Positions 48,037 through 57,625 of a stretch of 64,000 nucleotides of DNA are shown here, piece by piece (position 1 is the first letter of the stretch; each line of letters starts with the position of its first letter). The notes beneath the pieces are model-generated. The model had not been told where the DNA came from. It did not search any database and saw only the letters and a program-made list of their open reading frames with translations. Both the position numbers and the translations under genes were made by a program. Location of the stretch: contig CP084167.1 of NCBI GenBank assembly GCA_021513715.1, positions 1,536,001-1,600,000 of the forward strand. Reading direction: 5' to 3'. Source of the DNA: Candidatus Heimdallarchaeum endolithica (GTDB lineage Archaea > Asgardarchaeota > Heimdallarchaeia > Heimdallarchaeales > Heimdallarchaeaceae).

Positions 48037-48744
48037 CTACTTTAGCATCTCTTCTGATATTTTTGATTCTTTTTTGAGAGCTCTTAATAGTTTTATCTTT
48101 TCAAGCTCACCAGTTCTGAATTTTTTAATGTTATCAACTTGTCTTGTCATCATAAGAAACGCAATTCCATACAATATCAGAGCTATTTCCAACCTACTCA
48201 TAGAAATCCAGGGCATCAACCATATTTCTGGTAGAAATAGTGCAAAGGTTGCAACTAATAATGTAGTAGCTATATAAGTAAGCGCAGCATAACCTACAAA
48301 TATAATAACTATTGGCCATAAAATCAACCATACAGCGATCAATGCAGGGTTTACCAATATCATTGTTCCAACAATAACTGTAATTCCTCTTCCCCCATGA
48401 GAACCGAGAAATAGTGGCCAATTATGACCTACAACTGCAGCTATACCTGCAACAGTAAGAAGAAATTTACCATCAGTTAATCCAACAAAGCTAACAGGAT
48501 GCTTTATTAAGATATAAGGGATGAAAATAGCTAGAAAGGAACGAGAAACATCCAAAAGACCAGCGAATAAAGCCCATTTTAATGAGCCTGTAGCACGGTA
48601 TACATTTCTCCCACCTACATTTTTTGAACCAATATTACGTAAATCCTTACCAGTTTTTAGTTTTACAATAATCCAGCTAAATGGAATAGAGCCAACAATA
48701 TAGGCTATAAAAAAAACAAATACATAATCAACTAGATACCCCAT
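48037..48744 (-). CDS. plsY: PlsY-family glycerol-3-phosphate acyltransferase homolog
   Basis: YIVGSIPF...DLR.IGSKNVGGRNVYR; GHNWP.F...GGRG; DNI.K...G. Confidence 0.75.
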   Translation of the reverse strand: MGYLVDYVFVFFIAYIVGSIPFSWIIVKLKTGKDLRNIGSKNVGGRNVYRATGSLKWALFAGLLDVSRSFLAIFIPYILIKHPVSFVGLTDGKFLLTVAGIAAVVGHNWPLFLGSHGGRGITVIVGTMILVNPALIAVWLILWPIVIIFVGYAALTYIATTLLVATFALFLPEIWLMPWISMSRLEIALILYGIAFLMMTRQVDNIKKFRTGELEKIKLLRALKKESKISEEMLK

Positions 48745-48827
48745 AATATTTTGTTTGATTTTAAATACTTAAGGTTGTTTATTCTCAAAAGCAATCAAAT
48801 TTTTAAATTAAAGTTTTTTTATCATTC

Positions 48828-50225
48828 TTGTTGATTTTAATGAACATCCAAGAGCACATTTTCAGAGCTTATGATATCAGAGGTTTGTTTAACAAAGATC
48901 TCACTTCAGGAGTGATGTATAAGATTGGATTAGCTGCAGGAACATATACTAAAAAGATCCTTAAAAAGCAAGAAATTACCGTAGGTAACGATATCAGGTA
49001 TTCTAGTATTCCATTAGCTTTCGCTTTTATTTCAGGAGTTTTATCTTCTGGAGTAGATGTGGTATATGTTGGAACTACTGCTTTCGGACAAACTTTATTT
49101 AAAGGATGGGAAAAGAAAAAAGGGCCCATTGCTTTTATCACTGCGAGTCATCTTCCTCCAGAATGGAATGGAATCAAGTTTTACTATTCTGATGGAGTTG
49201 GATTTCCAGAAGGAGAACTAAAAAAAATAAGAAACTTTTGCTTAAATAACAATGTTGAACTTGCAAATTGGGACCAAATTGGTAAGCTCTCTCAAGAGGA
49301 TGCTAAAGAAAACTACTTAGAATTTTTCAAAAAGAAATTCAAATTTGAAAATAAATTAAAAGTTGCAGTAGATTGTGGAGGAGCTAGTACAACCCTTTCT
49401 GCTCCTGAAATTTTTCAATCAATTGGAATTGAGTTTGTTCCAGTTTTTTGTAAAACAGACCCTAGTTTTTCAGCTAGACCTTCAGACCCTAAACCAAAGA
49501 ATCTTGTTGAATTGAAAAAAACTGTTATAGAACAAAATTGCAATTTTGGAGTTGCATTTGATGGTGATGGTGACAGAGCTGTAATTGTTGATAACAAGGG
49601 GAATGTTCTATCTGCAGATCAAACAGGTATAATAATCGCAAAATACGGGTTAAAGGAAAAAAGAGGTACAATAATCGCAAATGTGGAATGTTCAAAGGCA
49701 GTAGATGAACAATTAACACCTCTTGGATACAAAATAAAAAGAATACCAGTAGGACATACTTTTCTAACTCTAGAAGCTAAAAAAGAAAATTCACCATTAG
49801 GAATAGAATCATCTGGACACTTAATATTACCTGAATACTTCCTATTTGATGATGCTCTAGTAATTCCTCTAAAAGTAGCTGAAATACTCACAAAATCCGA
49901 TAGGAGCTTAAATAAACTTGTTAAAGAAATTCCTATTTACCCCATTCAGAAGGAAGAAGTGGAGTGTGAAGACAAAATTAAGTTCGAAATAGTGAAACTT
50001 TTAGCAGATGAAGTTAAGAACGATTTCTCAAATGTATCAACTTTAGATGGGGTTAGAATAGAATTAAAAAATGGTTGGGTTCTTATAAGACCTTCTAACA
50101 CTAGTCCTTTAATTAGATTAACCGCTGAAGCTGATACTGAAAACATTTTAAATGAAATTATAATTACTTTTAAAGAAAAATTAGAAAAAACAATTGAAAA
50201 CTATAAAAAGATGGTGAAGATTTGA
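48828..50225 (+). CDS. Phosphomannomutase/phosphoglucomutase
   Basis: FRAYDIRG, TASHLP..WNGIK, FDGDGDR, ESSGH, RPSNT. Confidence 0.93.
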   Translation: MLILMNIQEHIFRAYDIRGLFNKDLTSGVMYKIGLAAGTYTKKILKKQEITVGNDIRYSSIPLAFAFISGVLSSGVDVVYVGTTAFGQTLFKGWEKKKGPIAFITASHLPPEWNGIKFYYSDGVGFPEGELKKIRNFCLNNNVELANWDQIGKLSQEDAKENYLEFFKKKFKFENKLKVAVDCGGASTTLSAPEIFQSIGIEFVPVFCKTDPSFSARPSDPKPKNLVELKKTVIEQNCNFGVAFDGDGDRAVIVDNKGNVLSADQTGIIIAKYGLKEKRGTIIANVECSKAVDEQLTPLGYKIKRIPVGHTFLTLEAKKENSPLGIESSGHLILPEYFLFDDALVIPLKVAEILTKSDRSLNKLVKEIPIYPIQKEEVECEDKIKFEIVKLLADEVKNDFSNVSTLDGVRIELKNGWVLIRPSNTSPLIRLTAEADTENILNEIIITFKEKLEKTIENYKKMVKI

Positions 50226-50635
50226 AAAACACCAACTCTTTTTTTTATTGTAAATATGCTTCTCAATGTTTTGAATGCTGTAAAGAGACAGAAATGGTTC
50301 TTTCAAATGCAGATATTCTAAGAATAGAAAAACTAGGTTATAAAATACAAGATTTTGCTTTTTACGAGGATGGTTTTTTTATATTAAAGAACATAAATGG
50401 ACATTGTGTTTTCCTAGTAAATGGTAAATGTTCTATTTATGAAAATAGGCCAGAAGGTTGTAAGTATTATCCATTAATATTTGATGTTGAGAACAATTCA
50501 GTTGTTATCGATAAAGATTGTCCAAAAAGAGATAAATTTAATTTGAATAACTATGAATACCTTAAAAGTCATGTTTTACATTTTGTTTTTCGATTATTTA
50601 AGGAAAAAGAAGAAAGAAAAAAAAATAAGAAATAA
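50222..50635 (+). CDS. YkgJ-family cysteine-cluster protein
   Basis: C...QCFECC, CVFL...CSIYENRP.GC..YP. Confidence 0.85.
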   Translation: MKNTNSFFYCKYASQCFECCKETEMVLSNADILRIEKLGYKIQDFAFYEDGFFILKNINGHCVFLVNGKCSIYENRPEGCKYYPLIFDVENNSVVIDKDCPKRDKFNLNNYEYLKSHVLHFVFRLFKEKEERKKNKK

Positions 50636-50660
50636 AAAGAGAGTATAGTTTATTTAGTCA

Positions 50661-51761
50661 TTATTCGTCAGTAAACATATTTTCAAACTTCTTAAGAACC
50701 TCAGGTAAAGTTGTATATTCCATTTCACTTAACGGTAATCTGCTTGGTTCAAAAGGTCCATGTGCTCTAATATAATCTGCAATTTCATTTGCCCTTCTTC
50801 TGACATGATCAAAAGAAACATCATCAAACAAATCAACAGGACCAACTATTTTTCCATTTTTCAATTGGAAACCTAAACTAACTACTCTTGGAGGACCGTC
50901 AAATCTACCATTTTGGCTATATTCAAGGCTAACAGGCATTAATGGGCCTCTATGACTTCCTCTCATCCATCCTGAAACAAGATGTCCAAGTGTAAAAGCT
51001 TCTAAAACTTCTCCCACTGCAGGAAAGCCACTTTGAGATCTCACAACAGCTACTGGATCATCCTTTCCAACATATTTTCCTGCAATAAGAGAAAGTTTGT
51101 CTGTTGATATTACTGCAGCTTGACCCAACTCTTCATTTTTAGAGAACACTGATTTGATAACATAATGACCTGGAGCACCGACTAGTGCCAGCAGATCATA
51201 CATCTGTTCTGGACAAGAAAGACTTAGATATTTATTATGATATATGTCCATTATATTGAACTTAAATCCTTCATGTAATTTCGGATCGATCACTAGTCCA
51301 GCAGTATTAAATGGGTTAGCAAAAATGTTGAAAATAGGATAATTAAAAGCCCCTGGTTCTGTTTTATCCATTGCAAATACAATGATTGGTTCTGCAGGCC
51401 TTTCTTCTATTTCCATTTCAGCTACCCCAGGGCCCATTCCTTTGACATTTCCTGAAAAGGTATCAGTAAGAAGATCTTGCCCGGCACCATATAGACCATA
51501 TTCTCTTGCATCCTTTCCAAGATCCATGAAAATATCCCAAGCTAATTTATGAATTTCCTCACTATTGACACCTTTTTCATGCGTCATAAGTAAGTTAGTA
51601 TCATCCCCTGCATTAAAGACCATAAAATCAATAAGCAGTCCATTCTCCTTTGCTTTTTCTAGAAGCTCTTCTGCCTTTTCCATTAATGGTTCATAGACAA
51701 CCACATGTCCAGGTGAAGAACCTATATCTGCTTTAATTAAACTAATTGTTGTTTTAGTCAT
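50661..51761 (-). CDS. fbp: Bifunctional fructose-1,6-bisphosphate aldolase/phosphatase (class V)
   Basis: KADIG..PGH, GDD, LYGAGQDLL, DKTEPGAFN, YVGKDDP, GWMRGSH.GP, RFDGPPR. Confidence 0.95.
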   Translation of the reverse strand: MTKTTISLIKADIGSSPGHVVVYEPLMEKAEELLEKAKENGLLIDFMVFNAGDDTNLLMTHEKGVNSEEIHKLAWDIFMDLGKDAREYGLYGAGQDLLTDTFSGNVKGMGPGVAEMEIEERPAEPIIVFAMDKTEPGAFNYPIFNIFANPFNTAGLVIDPKLHEGFKFNIMDIYHNKYLSLSCPEQMYDLLALVGAPGHYVIKSVFSKNEELGQAAVISTDKLSLIAGKYVGKDDPVAVVRSQSGFPAVGEVLEAFTLGHLVSGWMRGSHRGPLMPVSLEYSQNGRFDGPPRVVSLGFQLKNGKIVGPVDLFDDVSFDHVRRRANEIADYIRAHGPFEPSRLPLSEMEYTTLPEVLKKFENMFTDE

Positions 51762-51915
51762 AAAATATCACCTTATATTAACAATTTTTAATATGTATTC
51801 GACACCCGTAGCCTATATAAACTTTCTCCAATAACGATACACTACTCTGGAAAAGTCAACAAATAAAGAGAAGAAGACCAATAAAGGATAAATATGAGAA
51901 AAAAAGAGAAGAAAA

Positions 51916-52809
51916 TCACAAAAGATCTACAAGATCTGAAGATCCACCTATAAAACCAATTTTCTGATGCAAATAGTCCATTTCAGTTAGCCTATCTGGT
52001 TCTAGTGGAGGAGCAGTTTCAAGAGAAAGGATTTCCTTATCCTTTGTGATATAATAGCCTTTACCATTTACTTTTGAAAGGATGTATAAGTAAGGCAAAA
52101 TTTCATAGCACAGTCTCAATTTTGGTGAAAAATAGGCAAAAACACCAGTTTTATCAAGTATATTGTTCATATCTTGAACTAGACACCCTCCATATCGCAG
52201 TTTTCCAACCTTTTTGATTTTATTCACAAAGTTTTTTTCTTTTTCTGAAAATTCTTCTTCTTTTCCACCAAAACCATAAACTGGCTTTGAGCTTGGGGAT
52301 ATAGACAAAGTGTCTTTTAGTACAATGAATTCACCTTCAGCACGAATAAACTGAAGATAACCAGCTTCTGTAGCCAAATCAAAGCGTAAGAACAAAGTAT
52401 AACTTACAGTTATAGCTGCTTTGATATTTCCTTGTTTATCTATGATGAGAATAATTCCACCCGGACCTCTAGATCTTACTATTGAAGAACCGTCTATAAA
52501 ATCTCCCAGAATGATAAATTCTCCTGTTCCTTTTACTATATTTTCTGGTGTTGTTTCTTCTCCTAAAAGAAGATAGTAATCTTCTTTTGGAAGTTTTTGC
52601 AAGAACAATTCGTGCGATGCAACATCCAAGCTCAGTTGCATATCTCCAGAGACATTTATTGTTCCAGCATAATCTTTTTCTTCCTTCATAAAACTTAGAA
52701 TTTGTTTTGGTATCTCTAGTGTCACTTCCAGAATATCTTTTATTAGTTTTGATAAAGATACATCTAATTTTGCCAGATATTCATCTAAAGTTGAATATTT
52801 TTCTTTCAT
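51916..52809 (-). CDS. Class I FBPase/SBPase-family phosphatase, divergent
   Basis: N.SGD.QL.LDV, GEE, DFIDGSS, LRYGG..V.D, KLRL.YE..P. Confidence 0.8.
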   Translation of the reverse strand: MKEKYSTLDEYLAKLDVSLSKLIKDILEVTLEIPKQILSFMKEEKDYAGTINVSGDMQLSLDVASHELFLQKLPKEDYYLLLGEETTPENIVKGTGEFIILGDFIDGSSIVRSRGPGGIILIIDKQGNIKAAITVSYTLFLRFDLATEAGYLQFIRAEGEFIVLKDTLSISPSSKPVYGFGGKEEEFSEKEKNFVNKIKKVGKLRYGGCLVQDMNNILDKTGVFAYFSPKLRLCYEILPYLYILSKVNGKGYYITKDKEILSLETAPPLEPDRLTEMDYLHQKIGFIGGSSDLVDLL

Positions 52810-52819
52810 TTCAATCCCT

Positions 52820-53989
52820 TCAGTAAGTATCTGATAGATTATTAGAAGTGATGTGTTGATAACAAAGTTCTGCTGTGTTTTCCATTTTTAGAGCATTAAT
52901 GAACTTCAACATTTCTTCTTCAGCTTTTTCAATAATTTTTTCTTTGGTATCTGTTTTTAAATTCTCAATTTTGTTGAAAAATGGTTTCCAAGCTCTTTTT
53001 GCATTAGAAGCAAATATTTTATGCTCATCAACACCTTCTTTCATATATTTTTCAAGTACCCATGTACGCATTTCTGAATAGAGTTCCGGCTCATATTCTT
53101 CTAAAACAGAGTAAACAACATTTTGCCAGTGTGTGCCTATATTCCCTTTAGCTACATCTCCATGCGGAAATGTTGATTCTATAACATCAATTGGTGTCCC
53201 AGTTATTCCATGTTGCGCGATTCTTGTGTTAAAACCTTCTTTTTTTAAGGCTTCAACAATTTCCATTGTTCGTTTGACATTAATTCCTAGTTGGGGAATA
53301 ATGTTACCTTCAGCGTCAACGTTTACTCCATGCTTTGAACCATTAGCAATGGCTAAATAATCTAAAAATACTCCATTCTCTTTCAGACTTTTTACATAAT
53401 AAGTAGCTTCCTCAACTGTAGTGTACTCTGTAATCCCTATTTCTCCAACTTCACCTTCTAAACCATAATCTCTTCCTTTCATCTGTTCTTCTAGAAATTC
53501 AAATAAGACTAATCCCTTCTTAATAATTTGTTCTAGTTGTCCTTTAACGCTAGGTTGAGTTCTATCAAAAAGAAAGGATGTATCAATGGCAAATCCAGTA
53601 AAGCCTGCCTTCACTCTTGCTTCAATTTCTTTTTTTACTGTTTTCATTTCTTCATCTGTACCTTTTTTTACTGTAAGGTGGTCAGCATGCAATGCATATG
53701 CAAACCATTTTTCTTTTTCTGCTGCGTTTTTACACCTTTTAGCGAAGAGTTCAGGAGTATAACCAGTGTATCCTCCTGAAATTGACATTTCACTTAATGC
53801 TAATTCAAAAATTACAACTGCATTCTTTTGTTTGGATGCCCTTAGAACTCCTCGAATTACTTCTTCTGTTGCTCTAGGATTAATGGCAGCTATTATTGAG
53901 TTGCTATTTAATGTTCCTTTAGCAACATAATTTAGCGGTAATGGAGATCTTGGATTTTCAAAATAGGATATTACTTCTTCACTTGTCAT
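52820..53989 (-). CDS. fba: Class II fructose-bisphosphate aldolase
   Basis: LHADH, IDTS, EGEVGEIG, AIANGSKHG, AQHGITG, KGNIGT. Confidence 0.88.
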   Translation of the reverse strand: MTSEEVISYFENPRSPLPLNYVAKGTLNSNSIIAAINPRATEEVIRGVLRASKQKNAVVIFELALSEMSISGGYTGYTPELFAKRCKNAAEKEKWFAYALHADHLTVKKGTDEEMKTVKKEIEARVKAGFTGFAIDTSFLFDRTQPSVKGQLEQIIKKGLVLFEFLEEQMKGRDYGLEGEVGEIGITEYTTVEEATYYVKSLKENGVFLDYLAIANGSKHGVNVDAEGNIIPQLGINVKRTMEIVEALKKEGFNTRIAQHGITGTPIDVIESTFPHGDVAKGNIGTHWQNVVYSVLEEYEPELYSEMRTWVLEKYMKEGVDEHKIFASNAKRAWKPFFNKIENLKTDTKEKIIEKAEEEMLKFINALKMENTAELCYQHITSNNLSDTY

Positions 53990-54173
53990 TCTGAATAGAA
54001 AATATCATACCAATAATAACATTTTCGATATAAAATAGTACTTCCGAATTATCTCAAAAAGTATGAATTGAGAACACGCCAATGATAGTATGAACGCCTA
54101 TAATTTTAACCTATAGAAATCGGTCAACTTATTGCGGAAGTACTAATAAAGATGAGAAAATAAAAATTAAAGT

Positions 54174-54485
54174 TCAAACAAAAATAACTTCTTCTCGCAC
54201 CATTGTTTCTACATTTTGCATTTCCTTTGTCCACTCATGATAAAACTTCGAAATTTCTTCTTCACTACGTAGAAGCTTATTCAAATCTGTATAATCTTGT
54301 AACCAAAAAAGCCAAATGGAAGTCGCACCTATTCCTATCCCTCCACTTGCAGCAACGATTTCCCGTATCCAAAGAGCTTTCTCAACAAGTTCATGAAACT
54401 CTCTGACTTTTTTTGACAACTCACTACTAACCTCTTCAGGCCAATCAAACATGACAATATAATATATCCCTGGTTTTTTCGACAT
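54174..54485 (-). CDS. Hypothetical protein (possible dimeric alpha+beta barrel)
   Basis: 103-aa ORF with AAGGTG upstream. Confidence 0.55.
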   Translation of the reverse strand: MSKKPGIYYIVMFDWPEEVSSELSKKVREFHELVEKALWIREIVAASGGIGIGATSIWLFWLQDYTDLNKLLRSEEEISKFYHEWTKEMQNVETMVREEVIFV

Positions 54486-54625
54486 ACTATAGCACCTTTT
54501 AATAACAATATAGAAAACAAATTTAAAAAGAGTTCGAAATTATAATTACTATTACTAATTAGTTATTTTTTTAGTAATTTTTTTTCTTTAGCAAATATTA
54601 TTAACACTGAAAAAAACGATTCTCA

Positions 54626-55555
54626 ATGAAGTATGGAATAATTATCCACGGAGGAGCTTGGGATATTCCTGATGAATTAGTTGATAACCATTTAAATGGA
54701 ATAAATAACGCTTTAGAACTAGGTTACTCACTTCTTGAAGATAATAGTAATGCTATCGATATTGCTGAAAAAGTTATTGTTCTCTTGGAAAATGATCCTA
54801 CATTTGATGCTGGTAAAGGCTCTTTTTTAAATGCTTTAGGCAATGTTGAGATGGATGCCATAATTGCTACAGATAACTATAAAATTGGTTCTGTTGCAGC
54901 TCTAAATAATTACCCTAATCCCATAAAAATTGCAAGAGCAATATATGATTTCGATGGACCAGTGTTGTTAGTTGGAGAAGGTGCCAAAATTTTCGCAGAA
55001 CAATTTGGGTTCCAACAATGTAAAATAGAAGACTTGCTTGTAGGAAGAGAACTTAAGAGATATTTAAAATTAAAAAATGACAATTCTTTTGTTCCTAAAG
55101 ATGCTTTTAAACAAAAAACAAGAGGAACAGTCGGTACGGTTGTTTTAGATAAAAGAGGGAGAATAGCAGTAGCAGTTTCAACAGGAGGGACACCAAAAAA
55201 ACCTCCAGGGAGGGTTGGAGATACACCATTATTCGGTGCAGGAGCATATGTGGAAAAAAACAAATTAGGAGTTGCAGCAACAGGATATGGTGAGGATCTA
55301 ATTAAAGTCCTAATTTCGAGGAGGGTCCTTGATTTTTATGATAGAGGGTATAACCCTCTAGAATCTACTGAGCAAGCTATATCTTTTCTTTCCAAAAGTG
55401 TTAAAGGTTTAGGAGGAGTTATCACTTTAGGAAAAGAAGGATTAGGATTAGCTTTTAATACCCCAAGAATGGTTTTCGGTGTTCAAACAGACGAGATTAA
55501 GAGTTTTATTGGAATTAATCAAAAAGACAGAGAAAAACTACTAAAACAGTTATAG
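54626..55555 (+). CDS. Isoaspartyl peptidase/L-asparaginase (Ntn hydrolase)
   Basis: IHGGA, EMDA, GTVG, STGG, GRVGD.P..GAG, TG.GE. Confidence 0.92.
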   Translation: MKYGIIIHGGAWDIPDELVDNHLNGINNALELGYSLLEDNSNAIDIAEKVIVLLENDPTFDAGKGSFLNALGNVEMDAIIATDNYKIGSVAALNNYPNPIKIARAIYDFDGPVLLVGEGAKIFAEQFGFQQCKIEDLLVGRELKRYLKLKNDNSFVPKDAFKQKTRGTVGTVVLDKRGRIAVAVSTGGTPKKPPGRVGDTPLFGAGAYVEKNKLGVAATGYGEDLIKVLISRRVLDFYDRGYNPLESTEQAISFLSKSVKGLGGVITLGKEGLGLAFNTPRMVFGVQTDEIKSFIGINQKDREKLLKQL

Positions 55556-55613
55556 AAGAATTTTTTTTAATTTTCTACACAAAAAATAAAAAAGACTTTC
55601 TCAACTCGTCTTT

Positions 55614-56438
55614 GTGAAAGAATTAACATTAATTTCATGGAATGTCAACGGTATTCGAGCTCTATCTAAAAAAGTAGTTTACAAAAATATGAACTTCAGA
55701 GAATGGGTACTATTTTACGCTCCGCATATTATTTGTATACAAGAAACTAAAGCATCTCAAGGACAAGTTCCTGCTTCAATAAGCATGATACCAGGTTATC
55801 ACACATATTGGAATTCAGCCTTTAGAAAAGGATATAGTGGTGTTTTGACCTATACTAAGGCCAGAGCTAGAAGTGTAAATAAAAATTTAGGAATTGAAAA
55901 ATTCGATATTGAAGGAAGAGTGTTGGAAACAGAATTTAAACACTTTGTACTCTTTAATGTTTATTTCCCAAATGGGAAGAGTAGTAAAGAGAGATTAGAT
56001 TACAAGATGGAATTCTATGACGTTTTCTTGGAATATATAGAAAAAGTAAGAAGTAAAGGAAAACCAATTATTGTATGTGGTGACGTAAACACAGCTCATA
56101 AGGAGATTGATTTAGCAAGACCAAAGGAAAATGAATCGATTTCTGGATTTTTACCTCAAGAAAGAAAGTGGATTACAAAACTTCTAGACTACGGGTATTA
56201 TGATACTTTTAGACTAATTAACGGGGACATACCAAACAAATATTCATGGTGGAGTATGAGGACTAGAGCTAGAGAGAGAAATGTGGGGTGGAGAATAGAT
56301 TATTTCTTTGTTTCTGAAGAGCTAAAGGATTCTGTAACTGACGCCTTTATTTTAGATAATATTTATGGTTCAGACCACTGTCCAATTGGAATAAATATAA
56401 AAATAAATCATAATTTAGAAAATAAAAAAAATGTTTAG
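55614..56438 (+). CDS. xth: Exodeoxyribonuclease III / AP endonuclease
   Basis: SWNVNGIRA, QETK, GYSGV, EGR, YFPNG, GDVNTAH, GWRIDY, SDHCP. Confidence 0.95.
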   Translation: MKELTLISWNVNGIRALSKKVVYKNMNFREWVLFYAPHIICIQETKASQGQVPASISMIPGYHTYWNSAFRKGYSGVLTYTKARARSVNKNLGIEKFDIEGRVLETEFKHFVLFNVYFPNGKSSKERLDYKMEFYDVFLEYIEKVRSKGKPIIVCGDVNTAHKEIDLARPKENESISGFLPQERKWITKLLDYGYYDTFRLINGDIPNKYSWWSMRTRARERNVGWRIDYFFVSEELKDSVTDAFILDNIYGSDHCPIGINIKINHNLENKKNV

Positions 56439-56439
56439 G

Positions 56440-57546
56440 TCATTTTTTTTGAATTTTCCTTTTTGCTGCTTCAATCAACCCTACAGGCCCAGTCATCATT
56501 ACATCTCCAGAAGGAGAGGCAAAGTGTATAGGAATTGAAGCTTTTTCCAAGAGTTTTCTTTTAGGGCCTGTAGCTGCTACAATTTCAATATCCTCCCATT
56601 TTATATTATTGTCGAGATAAACTACTCCGTGCCCTCCTTCATTAAAAACTGTCTCATTATTCAGCTTCCCATTAGAGAGAGCTATTATTTCATTTACTAA
56701 CTGTTCAGTTGAGAGCATATGTGTGTGATGCTCCATTATTGCTTTAATTTCATTATCGTGGATAACTGTGACCATTGTATGTGAATTTCCCACATCCATA
56801 GCAACAACTTTCTTTTTAGAAAAAACTATTGGGTCATTCATTGCGCCTAGAATAGCTGCTGCAGAAGTATCCATTACTAAAGACCCAAATTTGGTTTTGT
56901 GTTTTCTATTATAGTTTTGTACTTCTCTTACTACAGAATTCATTCTTAAAAAAGGATCAGGGATTTCATTTTCTAAAAAAGCTAGTGTCCAAGGATAAGG
57001 AGAGTCATGTAAGATCTTTTCTATTAACCTTATTCTAAATTTTCTATCACTTATTCCAGGTGGGGCTTTTCCGTGGTCAAGTACTGCTACTGCGATTGTT
57101 TCTATATCAGAGAAATTTTCTTCTAACTTTGAGAAAATAGAAAAAATTTCTTCCAAAAAGACTTCATGCAAGTTAATATGCTCAGTTTTTGAAAGATGAT
57201 CTACTGTTTCAATATCTGAAAAAACATTTACTCCAAGAGCTTTAACTTCTTCTATTTTATTTCTAATACTTAAAGCAGTATTAATATTCATATAGACCTT
57301 ATTACCAGTTTTAATGTGATTCTTAATAGCTTTTGTAAAAGCTCCCCCACCTATTGTTTCTCCACAAATAACAAGATCTTTTCTCTTTTCTGTAACTTTT
57401 TTTATTTTCTTTGCAAAAATTTGTGTTGGTGAAGGAAAAACTAGTTTAATATTATTTTCTATATTTTTTTCTGAATCATATAGCAATATATCTTGTGTCC
57501 CTGCTCCAATGTCAATTGCTAGAATTTTCATTAAGATCCTTTCCAA
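56440..57546 (-). CDS. DUF1786 family (ASKHA/actin-like fold) protein
   Basis: AIDIGAGTQD, PSPT, DHG, MDT..AA, DVGNSHT, EHHT, GGHG, GD.MMTG. Confidence 0.85.
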   Translation of the reverse strand: MERILMKILAIDIGAGTQDILLYDSEKNIENNIKLVFPSPTQIFAKKIKKVTEKRKDLVICGETIGGGAFTKAIKNHIKTGNKVYMNINTALSIRNKIEEVKALGVNVFSDIETVDHLSKTEHINLHEVFLEEIFSIFSKLEENFSDIETIAVAVLDHGKAPPGISDRKFRIRLIEKILHDSPYPWTLAFLENEIPDPFLRMNSVVREVQNYNRKHKTKFGSLVMDTSAAAILGAMNDPIVFSKKKVVAMDVGNSHTMVTVIHDNEIKAIMEHHTHMLSTEQLVNEIIALSNGKLNNETVFNEGGHGVVYLDNNIKWEDIEIVAATGPKRKLLEKASIPIHFASPSGDVMMTGPVGLIEAAKRKIQKK

Positions 57547-57625
57547 TTTTTAGATGGACATCTTTTATCCACTATGTTTAAAAACAAGTTGGTCTATGTA
57601 TCATAAACATATTGGAGAGATAAAT

